From the NCBI RefSeq assembly GCF_006345805.1, contig NC_043003.1, positions 5,890,001-5,954,000 of the forward strand: a stretch of 64,000 nt of DNA. The letters are read 5' to 3'. A program made the translations under genes and the position numbers. Under the pieces are notes generated by a model. That model ran no database searches, was not told where the DNA came from, and saw only the letters and a list, made by a program, of their open reading frames with translations. Shown here piece after piece: positions 24,882-37,958 of the stretch. Source of the stretch: Octopus sinensis. Taxonomy: Eukaryota. Position 1 is the first letter of the stretch. The number at the start of each line of letters is the position of its first letter.

Positions 24882-25830
24882 TTCCGATTGATTTGCCTTT
24901 TATTTCATCTTCCAACCGTGTCTCACCCAGAGGCCTAAGGGCACGTATATATTAGATGGAGAGAAACTACCTGAGAATATGGGCAGTTGATGTCAACAAA
25001 ATTTTTAAAGTCTCATAGATTGTTGGTTTCCCAGGGATCTGGTCAAAACATTTGTCACTACATTTCTTGATGATTCCTAGGGCACCTACAACAACGGGGA
25101 TGGCTTATATCTCAATCTCAAGGTCCTTATATTTCGACAGCTTTTCAAATTCATTTGCTAAGATGTATCTATGTGAAAGTAATGTCATATGAATCAACAG
25201 GTTTGTTTTTGTCTTAAGTCTTTGATGACAATGCCTGGTCTGTTAACATTTATTTGCCTGTCTGTATGTATCCCATAATCCCATGAAATGGTAATATTCT
25301 CTCTTTCTCTCAGTGACTGGCTCTGGATGGTATTCATACCAGTTTTTAGGGTGCAGGATGCCAAAGTAACGGCATACGCTCCAGTGCAACTATTGGCCAA
25401 CTCGATCGTGCCTGGTTTTATATTCTGTAGGGGCAAAGACTGAGCAATCGGTAACAATATGGTCAATACTCTCCAGTTCGTCACTACAGTCTACACTTTG
25501 TATCTACCTCATTGTGTGTGACATTAGTTTGATAGTTCCGTGTGAGGAGACTCCGATCTTGCGACGATTTCATAAATCCTTCTGCTTCGGCTTTCAAACC
25601 AAAACCCTGCAGTCACTGAAGAGTTCTCTTATCCACATCAGCTTCCCTAACTCGTGTTCTGCCCATGCAATGGTTTTTCTTGTCACATTCTCAATATTAC
25701 ATTCAAGCTTTCCTGTTTGACATTTGTTTTACACTTTGTTGCTGCCCTAATGGGAGGTTTGTCTTTCTTATTATCATCACAGTCAGGTAGGTTAAGCTCT
25801 CCTTTGTAATTATATGCCCCCTTTGAAATC
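24881..25830 (-). mobile_element. R4/Dong-clade LINE 3' part (CCHC knuckle plus restriction-like endonuclease)
   Basis: GLKAETEGFM..QDRSLLTRNYQ, CRVC..ESIDHIVTDC..RHDRVG, ITISWDYGIHTDRQINVNRPGIVIKD, EFEKLSKYKDLEIEI, VVVGALG; (AAT)n tail. Confidence 0.85.
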
Positions 25831-26024
25831 AGGGGCAGTTTTCGAATCTGTTTATGTTACCTTATCAACTGTTACATCCAAACGGTGCTACCTTGTATGT
25901 ACACCTGAAATCCTATTGTGGTCGTTTTATAGGACGTTTCAAGTTGGGTTAGGTTTTTGCCGCCTTCCTTTCGTTTCAAGTTGAGTTAGGTCTCTATCGC
26001 CTTCCAAGTAGAAAGAATTGTTAC

Positions 26025-26055
<31 letters not shown>

Positions 26056-26058
<3 letters not shown>

Positions 26059-26282
26059 TAGTTTTATTTTTATAGCGTGCTTTCACTTCACTACGGAGCG
26101 CAGCTCTCTGTGTCTTGGGTATGTGCTGTGATTTTTTGTGATGCTCTGATGGTTATTGTATGGAAAGTGTTCCTCGTAGGATGTGTGCAGTGCCTAGTAG
26201 TGCAATTTTCTGTATGTTATATGTGTTTGTAAGTCCTGGTGTTTTTGTTATGTATTTGTCTGAATATTTTTTTATCATGCCT
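26056..26282 (-). mobile_element. R4/Dong-clade LINE 3' end (second subfamily) within (TAA)n
   Basis: GMIKKYSDKYITKTPGLTNTYNIQKIALLGTAHILRGTLSIQ*; (ATT)n on both sides. Confidence 0.8.
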
Positions 26283-26312
26283 ATTATTATTATTATATTA
26301 TTATTATTATTA

Positions 26313-26371
<59 letters not shown>

Positions 26372-26470
26372 TTTATTGCTGTTGTTGTTGTTGTTGTTGT
26401 TATTTGTTTGTTTGACCGAGGAGAAGATATCTCAAGAACCGCTGCACGGATTCGGAAGAAACTTTCAAGG

Positions 26471-28724
26471 AACGATCAATAGGGATCGTGTATCACAGTG
26501 TTATGATATATGGTGTAAAGGGGAAAGCAAGTAAGGTTTATCCGTGGGAAGAAAAGCCTACGAAAAAGACCACGGTAACCTTGGTCAATATTGTTATATG
26601 TTACCACATTTGTTTGCAAGTGGGTAACCCTCTGTTTTCAATTTCTGGGTTCATAGGATTATGCTCAAGGTGGCGTCGTCATTCATACGTGCCATCCTTG
26701 CTACATTCACCCATCTTTTTTTAAAACATTCGCTAGACAAAACTTGCCTCTCTACTCTCACTTTCCTTTTCAAGTGGTACTTGAAGAAGTTGATGAGAGA
26801 TTGACCAGAGAGGAAAGTGTTTGTCTCCAATCCTTTCAGACGCGTCCACCAGATACATTCTTTCGCCATAGCCACAAGGATGATGAAAATAGCTCTTCCT
26901 TCCCGTTTGAAGGAATGAGGCGTGACAATATTGACGATAGACTCAGCTGATAAACCGACTCGTCCCACACGTGACAGCAGTTGTTCGACACAAGCCCACA
27001 GGTCGGAAATTATTGGACACTGCACGAGTGCGTGCAGAACGGTTTCGTCGCTCTGACCGCATCTCGGGCAGGTCGGTCCCGTGTTTCTCGAGCCGTGTCT
27101 GTAGAGCTTATCCCGAACGGGTAGCGCTTCTCGGTAACACTGCCAGGCCAGGGATCTCTGGAAGTTGTCCATGGGCCCTGGCCCGAAAGTCGTCCTGAAC
27201 AGGCGGGTCAGGTACTCCTCGTCGACGTCCAGGTTCGCCCCGAGCTCGTCGTCGTACCTCCCCTCCACTAATCCCCTATAGAATGCTTTGGTTGTGTTGA
27301 TGTCACTCAAGGTCGACCCAGGACGGCAGATTTGCTTGAGAGCAACGCGACACTCGCGGTGCCATTCGCCCTTCCTCGGCCTCTTTTTGATCCACGACTG
27401 CAGTTCGGTCATGGAGACGAGCTGCGGGAAAGCGTGCCTCACAAACGGCGACCACACCTTTTCACCGTCGTCTACATAGAGCCAGAGATGTCGCAGTCTC
27501 AGCGCGTGTCTGCGCATCAACCACGGCATGCCCAGCCCTCCTTTTAACGGGTGTTGACAGCAAATGGATCACCTGACCATCGGGACGCATCCTTTCCACA
27601 AGAAGCGAAAGAGAATGCGTTGTAGTTTGGTGATGGTAGGGTCGGGACAAGGTACGACGGTCAGGCGGTAGTAGATGACGGACGCGATGTACGTGTTCGC
27701 CACCTACGCCCGACCTTTTAGGGACAGTTTCCTCTCGGCCCATTGCCGGGCGAGAGTGACCACCCTACTCGTTATCTCGTTCCAGTTCTTCTCCACTTGG
27801 AGGTCCGGACCAAACCAGACCCCGAGCAACTCAACCGGGCCGTCGGTCCATGTCCCACGACGGAGGCGCTGGTGGACGGCATGGGCTTGCTTCTCCAGGT
27901 GCCCAGTCGCAAGCCCACTGACTTTTCCCGGTTGATTTTCGCTCCTGTCACCGCTTCGTAGTTTTTCAGTGTCTCGCCGACCTGCTCGATGTGCTCGTGG
28001 CTAGACACTATGACGGTGACGTCGTCCGCGTATGCAGACACGCTCGTCCCGCATCCCAGTTCTCGCGGGATGCCCCTCAAAGTTGCCAGCTTCCGCAATA
28101 ATGGCTCGAGAGTCAATACGTATAGAAGCGACGAGAGGGGGCATCCCTGACGGACCGAACGTGCGATGTCGAAGTGTCTCGATAGATGTCCATTCACGCG
28201 AATTACCGAACGGATGCCTCTGTACAAAGCGGCTATCCAGCCGCGGAAGACGGGACCGAAGCCAGCCGCTCCGAGGACCGCCTCCAAGTATCGATGGTCT
28301 ACCCTATCGAAAGCTTTCGATTGATCGAAATTGATCAGCGCCCCACCCATGCCAGGTTCGTTAACTACCCTGTCTATGATGTAGCGCATCAGGTGGAGGT
28401 TGTCATGGATGGTCCGGCCTGGCACGGCGCATGTTTGCGCCTTGTCGACCAGTTTCTCGATGACAAGCGCCAACCTCTTGGCTAGCACCTTGGCCAAAAT
28501 TTTCAAGTCTGCATTAAGCAGAGTGATGGGCCTAAAGTTATCTATTACATTTCCCTTTTTTACGGCTCCTCGGCTCACAAAACCAGGAATGCTCCCGTTT
28601 TGCTGCCAGTTGCAGTACACCGCCGCCAAGAGATCTCCAAACAAGTCTGGCATACAATTGTAAAGCTCGTACGGCAGACCATCCAAACCCGGTGATTTGT
28701 CCCTCGAGCATTCTGCCATCGCGT
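26471..28724 (-). mobile_element. Tx1/L1-clade LINE, 5'-truncated ORF2 (RT plus C-terminal CCHC)
   Basis: KSPGLDGLP, NFRPITLLNADLKILAK, DQSKAFDRVDH, VRQGCPLS, YADDVT, CPRCGQSDETVLHALVQC, stop 26651; one frameshift ~27840 and one stop; visibly GC-rich versus flanks. Confidence 0.95.
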
Positions 28725-28725
28725 C

Positions 28726-28790
<65 letters not shown>

Positions 28791-28943
28791 TGATTGATTG
28801 ATTGTTTGATAGATTGATAGATAGATAGATAGATAGATAGATAGTAGATAGATAGATAGATAGATAGATAGATGATAGATAGATAGATAGATAGATAGAT
28901 ATAGATAGATAGATAGATTGATTGATTGATTGTTTGATAGATT

Positions 28944-29004
<61 letters not shown>

Positions 29005-29029
29005 TTAGATAGATAGACAGATAGATAGA
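28725..29029. repeat. (GATA)n array with internal duplication
   Basis: ttgattgattgattgtttgatagattgatag occurs twice (~28790, ~28917). Confidence 0.95.
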
Positions 29030-29472
29030 TTTTTTGGCCACGCAGAGCTGAACACAGAAGGGGCAAAATACAAAGTAGACTTTTCTTTTGGGGAAGAAGA
29101 GAGGAAAAAAGGGGGACCAATTCTGATCAAAAGTGATCGTGAAAAGAAAAAAAAACAAGGGGGGGGGGCGATCAATAGGGATCGTGTTTCACAGAAATGT
29201 CAATGTAAAAAGGAAATACAGATTAGGTTTGTCCGTGGATAAAAAAGCCTACGGAAAAGACTACGGGAACCTTGGCCAATAGTGTCACATTACAGTAATT
29301 GGCACTCTTTTTTCTTTCTTTTTTTTCTTTTGTTTCAGAGGATAATGCTCCAGCTGGCTCCGTCATCCACACGAGCCATCCTTGCTACACTCACCCATCG
29401 TTTTTTTAAGCATTCTGCGGCCGAATCTGTTTTTAAGATGCTCGCTTCGAAAGTGGCTTTCCTTCGTGTTTG
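29030..29472 (-). mobile_element. second Tx1-clade 3' end (related subfamily) with longer 3'UTR
   Basis: KKRWVSVARMARVDDGASWSIIL* parallels KKRWVNVARMARMNDDATLSIIL*; UTR matches 26471-26650, then continues ~140 bp to a SINE-like tail at 29030-29075. Confidence 0.8.
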
Positions 29473-29566
29473 ATGCAATGTGCTTATGTTAGTTTTGACT
29501 TAAGAGTCCCTCCTAGCGTGAGGCATTTATGTATAGTAATGCCCTTAATATAAATAATATATATGC

Positions 29567-29600
<34 letters not shown>

Positions 29601-29762
29601 GCATATATATATATATGTATGTATATATATATATTATATATATATATATATATATACATGCACATATATGCATACACACATCTTTATATCTATACACACA
29701 TATACATGCAAATTTATATATTTATATCTGTGTGTGCGTGTGTGTATACATATATATATATT

Positions 29763-29848
<86 letters not shown>

Positions 29849-30364
29849 CATACATACATACATGTATCAATATATTGCAGACACATGTACATACGCAATT
29901 TTATTCACATATATCTTTGTGTGTGGTTCTTTATGACTCTGTGCCTCGATGGACTAAACGTAACCTTAAGCTTTCTAGAGTAATGAATCATTAATAGTCG
30001 AAGTCACACGTTAAATTCCCGCCGAAGGTTATAATACAAATCAAAATTTATATTTCGTTTTTAATTATAAGCTTTATAAATATATTCCGTCTTTATAGGT
30101 CATCTTATAATATGTTTACACGCACAAACACACACACTCACTTACGCACGTGTGTATTTGTGTGTGTATGTGTATATTTATGTGTGTTTGTTTAAGTACA
30201 CCAGTTCAAGTTGTGTTACTCACGTTTCGGAACTCGAACACAGGGCTTACAATTCCTCTCAATGAACCTCTATCTTCACCCTACAATATGTTATTGGGAA
30301 CCCTTCCGTAAACCTTGCTTTACCAATTGTCTAAACGCATATCTCCTTACACACAATCACACGT

Positions 30365-30407
<43 letters not shown>

Positions 30408-30883
30408 TACACACATACACGCATATACAAATAAAAGATATGGGAACTAGAGAGAAAATCATAAAGTAAACACTAAATTAAACTAAAATACGCTGATTCT
30501 CGCGGAAGACTATGATTCAAACAAAGAATTAATGGTAAGATTTAATTAGTGGCACAGACACATTAGTCAGAACGAAATGGTTTTTTTTTCAGTGGTCCAC
30601 TTTGGTTGAAAGTGAACGGCCTGACATAGCGTAGACAGTAACGATGTAAATGTGAGTCTGTAAGAATAGTCGCGTTGGCAATAAAGGCGCAGTGTGGAAG
30701 CGTTGGTTGTCAAACTAATATGTACAGAAGCACGTACAGGCAAAGGGTAGATTCATTAACGGTAGGGGGAAACTACCATGCTTTTACACTTGAAATATTT
30801 TAGCAAACATTGTGAGTGTTGCCTACACGTAGAAACAAGCTCAGAGTTTTAAATTAGTAACATGAATGTTTGAGTGAACTTAT

Positions 30884-31195
30884 GTTAGTTAGTTAGTTAA
30901 TTTTTTGGCTCAAAAGCAAAAGGCAAGGGCATGTAGGGGGACATGGAGTTAAGTACAGGGTGGTGTTCAGGCCACTTGAGGTCAAGGGAGACTTTGAACA
31001 AAGCGGTCGTCGGCATCTTCACCATCTCGTCTGGCAGCTTGTTCCACGGATCCGCAACCCGGACGGAGAAAGCTCCTCTCCTTCGATTGAGATGAAATCG
31101 TCGCAGGTAGAGCTTTTCGGAATGACCCCGCAGCCGACGCTCTGGAGCAGGAGTGAAGAACAGCTCTTTCGAGCGTCTTCAGTTTTGTAGAAAAT
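30884..31195 (-). mobile_element. CR1-type LINE 3' end with (TAAC)n tail
   Basis: RLRGHSEKLYLRRFHLNRRRGAFSVRVADPWNKLPDEMV..FKVSLD; (GTTA)n at 30884-30900. Confidence 0.8.
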
Positions 31196-31861
31196 GCACC
31201 AATGAGATTTCTTTGAAGATGGAGTTGCAGTAAATGATATCACTGATTCTGATAACCTTCAAGAGAGTTCGTGTGTTGTTGGCATTTCCAACGGGTCGAG
31301 AACCAAATATATTCCTGAATATTGTAACACAGCATTCTGCAAGCCCTTTGGGTCATGGAAATCGTATCTGGATTATGTTTTGGTTGGTTAGATACACATA
31401 ATACGAACTGTGATGTTTACCATCAACTAATGTAAACCACAAAGACAAGAACTTTGGAATGATTTGGTGATTATGTAAGTCTTTTTTTATGGGAATTGAT
31501 GAAGATGACTGCCAATGCCTGATGGAGAACCTTTCTAATGAAAATATTTATAAAATATAAGAAAAGATTTGCAAAAGGAAACAATAGAAAGAAGGTGAAG
31601 TTCAGAGGTTAACAGAAGAGAGCAAGAAAGCTCATACAACAAACGCGCTGGCGAGGAAAAGATGTTGGCAGACTGTGTTTGACAAAGACTGTTTTATCTC
31701 TTGTAAGGACGTGATATTAGAGAGGAATGAACGTTATAAAGCCAGTTGGCAAAGGGACGAGATCACAGAACCATAACAGGGCCTTTGGTGGACTGTGATG
31801 GACCTGTATTACACAACTAAAGGGGTGGTTTAGTGCAGTATTTTAGTTACAGTGTTATTGT

Positions 31862-32081
31862 ACGTTAGCTAGGCCGGGCGAAATGCTTTGCGGTATTTCG
31901 TCTGCCACTACGTTCTGAGTTCAACTTCCGCCGAGGTCGACTTTGCCTTTCATCCTTTCAGGGTCGATAAATTAAGTACCAGTTATGCACTGGGGTCGAT
32001 ATAATCGACTTAATCCGTCTGTCTGTCCTTGTTTGTCCTCTCTGTGTTTAGCCCCTTGTGGGTAGTAAAGAAATAGGTATT
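31862..32081 (+). mobile_element. family-A SINE ending in the start of a second unit (..gaaataggtatt)
   Basis: Matches 17406-17660; ends aaagaaataggtatt. Confidence 0.9.
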
Positions 32082-32823
32082 GTTTAAAGCTTACACCTAA
32101 GGGTCGGTGCGAATCTTCCGAGAGTTCTTTGAAAAAAGAAAAAGGTAGCAGGTAGCAGAGTACGTGTGGGTGGGAGTGGGGTTGCAAACCCAGATGTGTG
32201 TGTCAGATCGGATCTAATAATTTTATGGATTCTTATTAGATTTAACTGTTATGCTCTCCTGTCAGCTATGATCATAAACAAACAGCAACAGAATGGGATC
32301 GTATTTTATTGCGTAGATGACGGAACGCTTCGAATGAAAGACGCTATAAAAAAAAGTGGAGTGGGGTATCACGGATAATTTCAAGGTCAGAACTTTGATA
32401 GAAGTTTAAAGATTCTGGTCTAGATACTAAAAATAGATCGATGTAGGTCGTTGGGAGTTTCGTCAAAAGCGCACATATGAGTTCGATTCCCAGCAGATTA
32501 ATACAGGTTGACCCTTACATCACATCATACATAGATGTTACGGTTGGTAATAAATCATTTTCAGTATGACTGAATCACACAACAAAATTGACTAATACTA
32601 CCTAGGCTCTGCCCTGTGTGACACCGGTTTCAGTACCGTTTTCAGCGATTGGATCATGTATTTGCACAGCGACATCTGATCGATGACGAAGTTAAATTGT
32701 ACGCTATTCATAAGCATTTAGATTCGCAGACTCGGTCCTTCAAATATGTCACATCTCTCCTCACTTGAAAGTTTTGGATCTGAAGCCACTGCAGCAGGAG
32801 CGAGATACATTATATAATATTCT

Positions 32824-33217
32824 TTTCGACTCTAGGCACAAAACCCAAAATTTTGGGTGAGGTGACCAGTCATTTAGATCGACCCCAGTACGCAACTGGT
32901 ACTTAATTTATCGACCCCGAAAAGATGAAAAGCAAAGTCGACCACGGCGCAATTTGAACTCCGAAAGTAAGGACACGAAATACCTATTTCTCTACTACCC
33001 ACAAGGGGCTAAACACAGAGAGGACAAACAAGGACAGACAAACGGATTAAGTCGATTAGATCGAACCCTGTACGCAATTGGTACGTAATTTATCGACCCC
33101 GAAAAGATGAAAGACAAAGTCGACCTCGGCGGAATTTGAACTCAGAACGTAGCGGCAGACGAAATACCGCCAAGCATTTTGTCCGGCATGCTAACGTTTC
33201 TGCCATCTCACCGCCTT
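32824..33217 (-). mobile_element. family-A SINE dimer (head, unit with tail 1, head-less unit with tail 2)
   Basis: Junction gaaatacctatttct at ~32977-32991, i.e. the same ..gaaatag|gtatttcg join. Confidence 0.85.
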
Positions 33218-34139
33218 ATCAATTAAATAATATTGCACTACAACTGAGACTAACTTACTTATTCCGTCAGATATAGAGCTATCAAGTTTATGTGAACAAT
33301 AGTGAAGAAATACAACGAGCTGCATAATTTTGGCAGTCTGATCCATGAGACAAAGTCCAAGCCGTCCATTCTTTGCACTGAAATATGCTCGAGGTCTGGC
33401 ACTGTCCAAGTTGTAAAAGGAAGGGTTTACAAGCACGATGCCAACCCTTAACCAGAAAGTGGCCGATATGTATATTTCTAAATGATCGGAGAGAGTTAGC
33501 GATCACAATATTGGCTCCATTGTATGTTTCTTTGTATGATCATTGTGTCTCGCCGAGCAAGAATTTCACCAGATTACACCCTCTATTTGTAGGAGAGGGT
33601 GTAATCTTCTACAACGAATTACACCATTTGTTGTAGAAGAAATGCATTACGCTGATTGGGCAATTCCCGACACCTGCTGTATCGAGAGACTGGAATGCCG
33701 TTATGGAACAGAAACATTCTTAGAGGCTATAACATGGCAGATATTCTATTTTAGCTGCAACATCTTTCATAATAAGTCGGCTGAACGACGAGAGCTAATA
33801 TTGGACTAAGCAGCTACAACAATACAAGCAATTGTAGATGATACTTTATTGTAATATTAATTAGTTAGTATTGTGCCATTAATTGAGAGAGAATTATTTA
33901 ATTTATTAATTCATGTTAACATTAATTTAGTTAGTTTTAACATTAATTAACTTTGGTTGTGTTAATATTAACTTAGTGTTAACATTAATGAAAAATGTTA
34001 ACCTTTTAATGAGTAACATGATTACAGTGTTAATTAAAATAATTTAGCTGCAAGCAAATTATTAACTGAATATTATTTCAGGTATTGCTAGAGCGGATTA
34101 GAAGGATACTTATGAATTATGTATTTCGGTTTAATAATT

Positions 34140-34235
34140 CTTGGTTCAAATTTCGCAGACTCCAGCTTTGTCTTTCATCCCTTCGGGTTTCGAAAATTTA
34201 AGTAATAGCAAAGTACTTGGGCAACACCAACCCTC
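34140..34235 (+). mobile_element. degenerate family-A SINE fragment
   Basis: ggttcaaatttcgc..tttgtctttcatcccttcgggtttcgaaaatttaagta. Confidence 0.55.
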
Positions 34236-34680
34236 CACAAGCTTCCACCACCTGCTACCCATGTTAGAAATAATCATTTGTCTTTTTACATCGCCTATGG
34301 GAGACAATTTCCAGCATGTTTCGCTCTTATAAGATACTTATAGACTCACTGTAATTGCTTAAGTCGTGGGTAGTAACTCATTTAGTAGACCATTTTGGTC
34401 ACCAATAGATATCATAAATTAGCATAGTTAATGAAATATATTACTCTGTGTGTTATTACTCAAGGACACCACCACTACAATCCATTAGTATATAACTGCA
34501 GGGCATCGCCCTACAGTTATATACTACAGAATAGTTATATTCAACAGATCAACAGAATAGTGAGAGACTCAGAGAAATACGCGTTGCAATATTCAACTCT
34601 TTATCTTCAGCGTTCAAATCTTATTCAACTCATCTTTGCTTTTTATCTCACCAGTACATGGCTTAATATTGACAAAGTAA

Positions 34681-35125
34681 GTCCTAAATGCAAAACTCCT
34701 CTTGCCCTATTCCAGTCTGCTACACAGAATATTCTCAGAGCGCATCCCAGCACTTATTTTATTACTGCTGCTGTTTGAAGGATAATTCGTCGAATGTCCG
34801 ATTATTTTCTTTTCGAGAAAGAGTAGAAAATTTGGGCATTTAGCCCCCTCCTCTCAAAAGTGCAGGTCTTATGTCTAAATGAAATGAAATGGAGAATTCC
34901 AAGAATTTGGTGAGGGAGTATATCATTTTAGAAGAATATTATAAAGTTTGATTGGCGTAGGGCTTCGAACGTTTCTTTACTCGCCATTCAGTACTTTTCA
35001 AGACAACAAACTTAATGCCCAAATTTTCTACAGCAGCAAAAATAAAAGAAGTGGTGGGATGCGTTCTGAGAATACTCTGTGTTGCAGACTGGAATAGAGT
35101 TCGAGGAATTCTGCATTTAGGACAT
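34681..35125. repeat. MITE/foldback-like inverted repeat
   Basis: gtcctaaatgcaaaactcctc..ttactgctgctgt (34685-34775) plus gtagaaaatttgggcatt (34824-34841) is the reverse complement of 35013-35122. Confidence 0.7.
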
Positions 35126-35490
35126 ACCATGACACACCTAACATAATTTCAAAACTACACTGTCTTTATCTTTCTGCTAACCATGGCTACCATACATACA
35201 AACATACTGACACAGTGCCAATCTAGATAAGCTAGATAACCAACACACTAGTGCACACGTTTCAAATACAATCTATAAGTGGAACAGTAAATATATGCAA
35301 GACTTTTCTCAAGTTTGAAATGTGACATTGTTTCCGTTACCTACATTCCGACGACAGAGCTTTGTGACTTTCTTAGAAACCAGCTCCTTCCACGAAGAAA
35401 GAATTTAAATAATTAAAAACAAAACAGAACATATACATACATATATACATACGCACGTACATACATGCGTACGTACATACATACATATAT

Positions 35491-35525
<35 letters not shown>

Positions 35526-36146
35526 CTCATATCTGTAATTATACTTTCTTACGTTCACTATCTATTTATTTAATATTTTTTTCCCCCGACCATCATTCAT
35601 TTGCTCATATTCTAAATTGAAATCGATTCAAAAGTTTTCTACTTCACTGAAGATATTCGTAGATATCTTCGGAAATATCGAATAAAAGAAACAATTCTAA
35701 TATTAATTCTTTGAGAAATACAAACAGAAAATAATCCAACAACAGCATAATCTACAAACACACAAACACTCAACAAGAAAAACATGTTTCTAATTTTGTT
35801 ATTTTGTAATTCTTTTTAAAACTTGGAGTTTAAAGAATTTGATGAACAGCAATTGGAATGAGATAATGGTTTATTCTTGACAACCAATTCTATTATGGCG
35901 AGACGCGCAAAATGTGAAGATACAATATTCATCTTTTTCCGGTCAGGAAATATGTATACATGTCTTCGTGGTTAAAACTGCTATTCTTCGCAACTGTACG
36001 ACTTCGAGTTCGATTCCACTGTATAGCAGTTTGAGGAATTCATTCTACCATGGTCTCGGGTCGACCATAAACTTGTGTGAGAAATTTGGAAAAATAAAAC
36101 AATGTAAAAGCCTGCAGCAGGAAGCGTTCTTACAGGGTAATTATAA

Positions 36147-36529
36147 TCTTTATATATAAAAGTGAGGTTGTGTGCTGTCTGTCTCCTACGATTTAGATTC
36201 CTAACTACTCCCACATTTTGCGGTGCAGTTTAACCAAAACCTGGTATCTTATAGTCGTGATTTATATCGAGCCCTTCTGGGTATTAGCGCGCGTCTACGA
36301 TGAGTCTACGATTTAAAAAAAAAATTACCATCAATTTTTCCCATTTTTAATGCATTTTTGACATATATAAGGGAAGTAACTCTCTAAAAATTTATTATTA
36401 AATTTCAGAACGTAAAAAGCTACAGTAACACCCCTCCCCTTTGAGATGGCTATTATACTTTACATCTCTAAAAATGCTTATATAGTTATTTCCCTTACAA
36501 ACCCGAGCAACGCCGGGTGATACTGCTAG
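36147..36529 (+). mobile_element. non-autonomous Helitron
   Basis: A|TCTTTATATATAAAA 5' end; hairpin acccgagcaacgccgggt 36501-36518; CTAG|T 36526-36530. Confidence 0.8.
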
Positions 36530-36552
36530 TTATAATTATAATTATAGTAACA

Positions 36553-36782
36553 GCGGCGAGCTGGCAGAAACGTTAGCACACCGGGCGAAATGCGTAGTCG
36601 TATTTCGTCTGCCGTTACGTTCTGAGCTCAAATTCCGCCGAGGTCGATTTTGCCTTTCATCCTTTCGGGGTCGATAAATTAAGTACCAGTTACGCACTGG
36701 GGTCGATTTGATCGACTTAATCCGTTTGCCTGTCTTTGTTTGTCTCCTCTGTGTGTAGCCCCTTGTGGGTAGTAAAGAAATA
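36553..36782 (+). mobile_element. family-A SINE, full length
   Basis: Head, A/B boxes, central tttgcctttcatcctttcggggtcgat domain and tail 1. Confidence 0.9.
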
Positions 36783-37920
36783 TATAATTAGTCATTCGGT
36801 TCAAGTCTTGCCTTCGGAGACATTAGTGGTGTTTAGTCTGCTACAAGAATTCAGGTTAAGTCTCTTGCTTGAAGTCAGCTTCCTCTACACCGTCCATCAA
36901 TTTCATTTATTCTTGAACGATGTCACTGTTGCTGTCTTCTTTCTGACAAAGTCTTACAACAATTACAGAAAATGAGTCATCAAACCCCTTCCAAACTGTG
37001 TTATAATCAACAGTAGAAACAAAAACGATGATTAGAAAGAAACATTGCTGGTTAGCTCACATTATTTGTTGGTCTAACAAGCAAAAGGGTGAACTGTGAA
37101 TATTTCTGTTTTGTTACGTTTCAGTTTCATCTGCGAGTGTGTATAATCCAACATTGATGTGCGCTACGTAGATAGTTATATTGCTACATAACTGTTACTA
37201 TAACTCTATACTCCCTATAGTTATATAGCTCTATAGGATATCTAATTAATAAAAATCATCATGTTGAGTTGAGAAATTATGGAAGTTGGTATTCCAGATA
37301 TATGTAGCGTAATGTGATTCTTTGGTATCACGCAAGGTGATAGTGCGGAAGGAGGAGGGGGGCTGTTGAAAATCAAAGAGTGGGTAAGTGAGTGACAGTG
37401 CAAGATCTAAAATGAAAGTGAAAGAAGGAATGGTATGCTTACCTGTCTCGATAAATAAATAGGATAAGAGAGAGTGAAAGAATTATAGTGGAATTTTATT
37501 TGAATAAGAGATGCAACAATGAATTAGCCTGTGTAGAAATATAAACAAACTAACCGAAACAAACCGAAATGTGTATGTACGAATAAGATAATAATTTATT
37601 TTCGAATGCAGAGATTCTGTTTGGACAGCAGGAATCTTGGGTAAATTACTCTTACAAAGCGGAAAAAATTGTCAACCACTTTTACTGATACCTGTATTTT
37701 CATTGCCAGAAATTATAGTGGTAGAGAGTAATTCTGTGATTCGATAATGTGGGAGAATCACAGAAAATAATAATTTACCGAGGATAAACATAACACTTCT
37801 GGATTTAATAACACGTGACGTGTCTAATAGAAAAAATATGCTTATTGATATACACACACGTCTGCATACATGTATATACAGACAGATATGCATATATATA
37901 CACATACAAATATCCACGAC

Positions 37921-37958
<38 letters not shown>

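Noticed and set aside
30214-30267. Minus-strand hammerhead-like motif (GAAAC-GTGA-GTA)
   Set aside because: Core and stem I are too decayed to support; probably a dead PLE pLTR.
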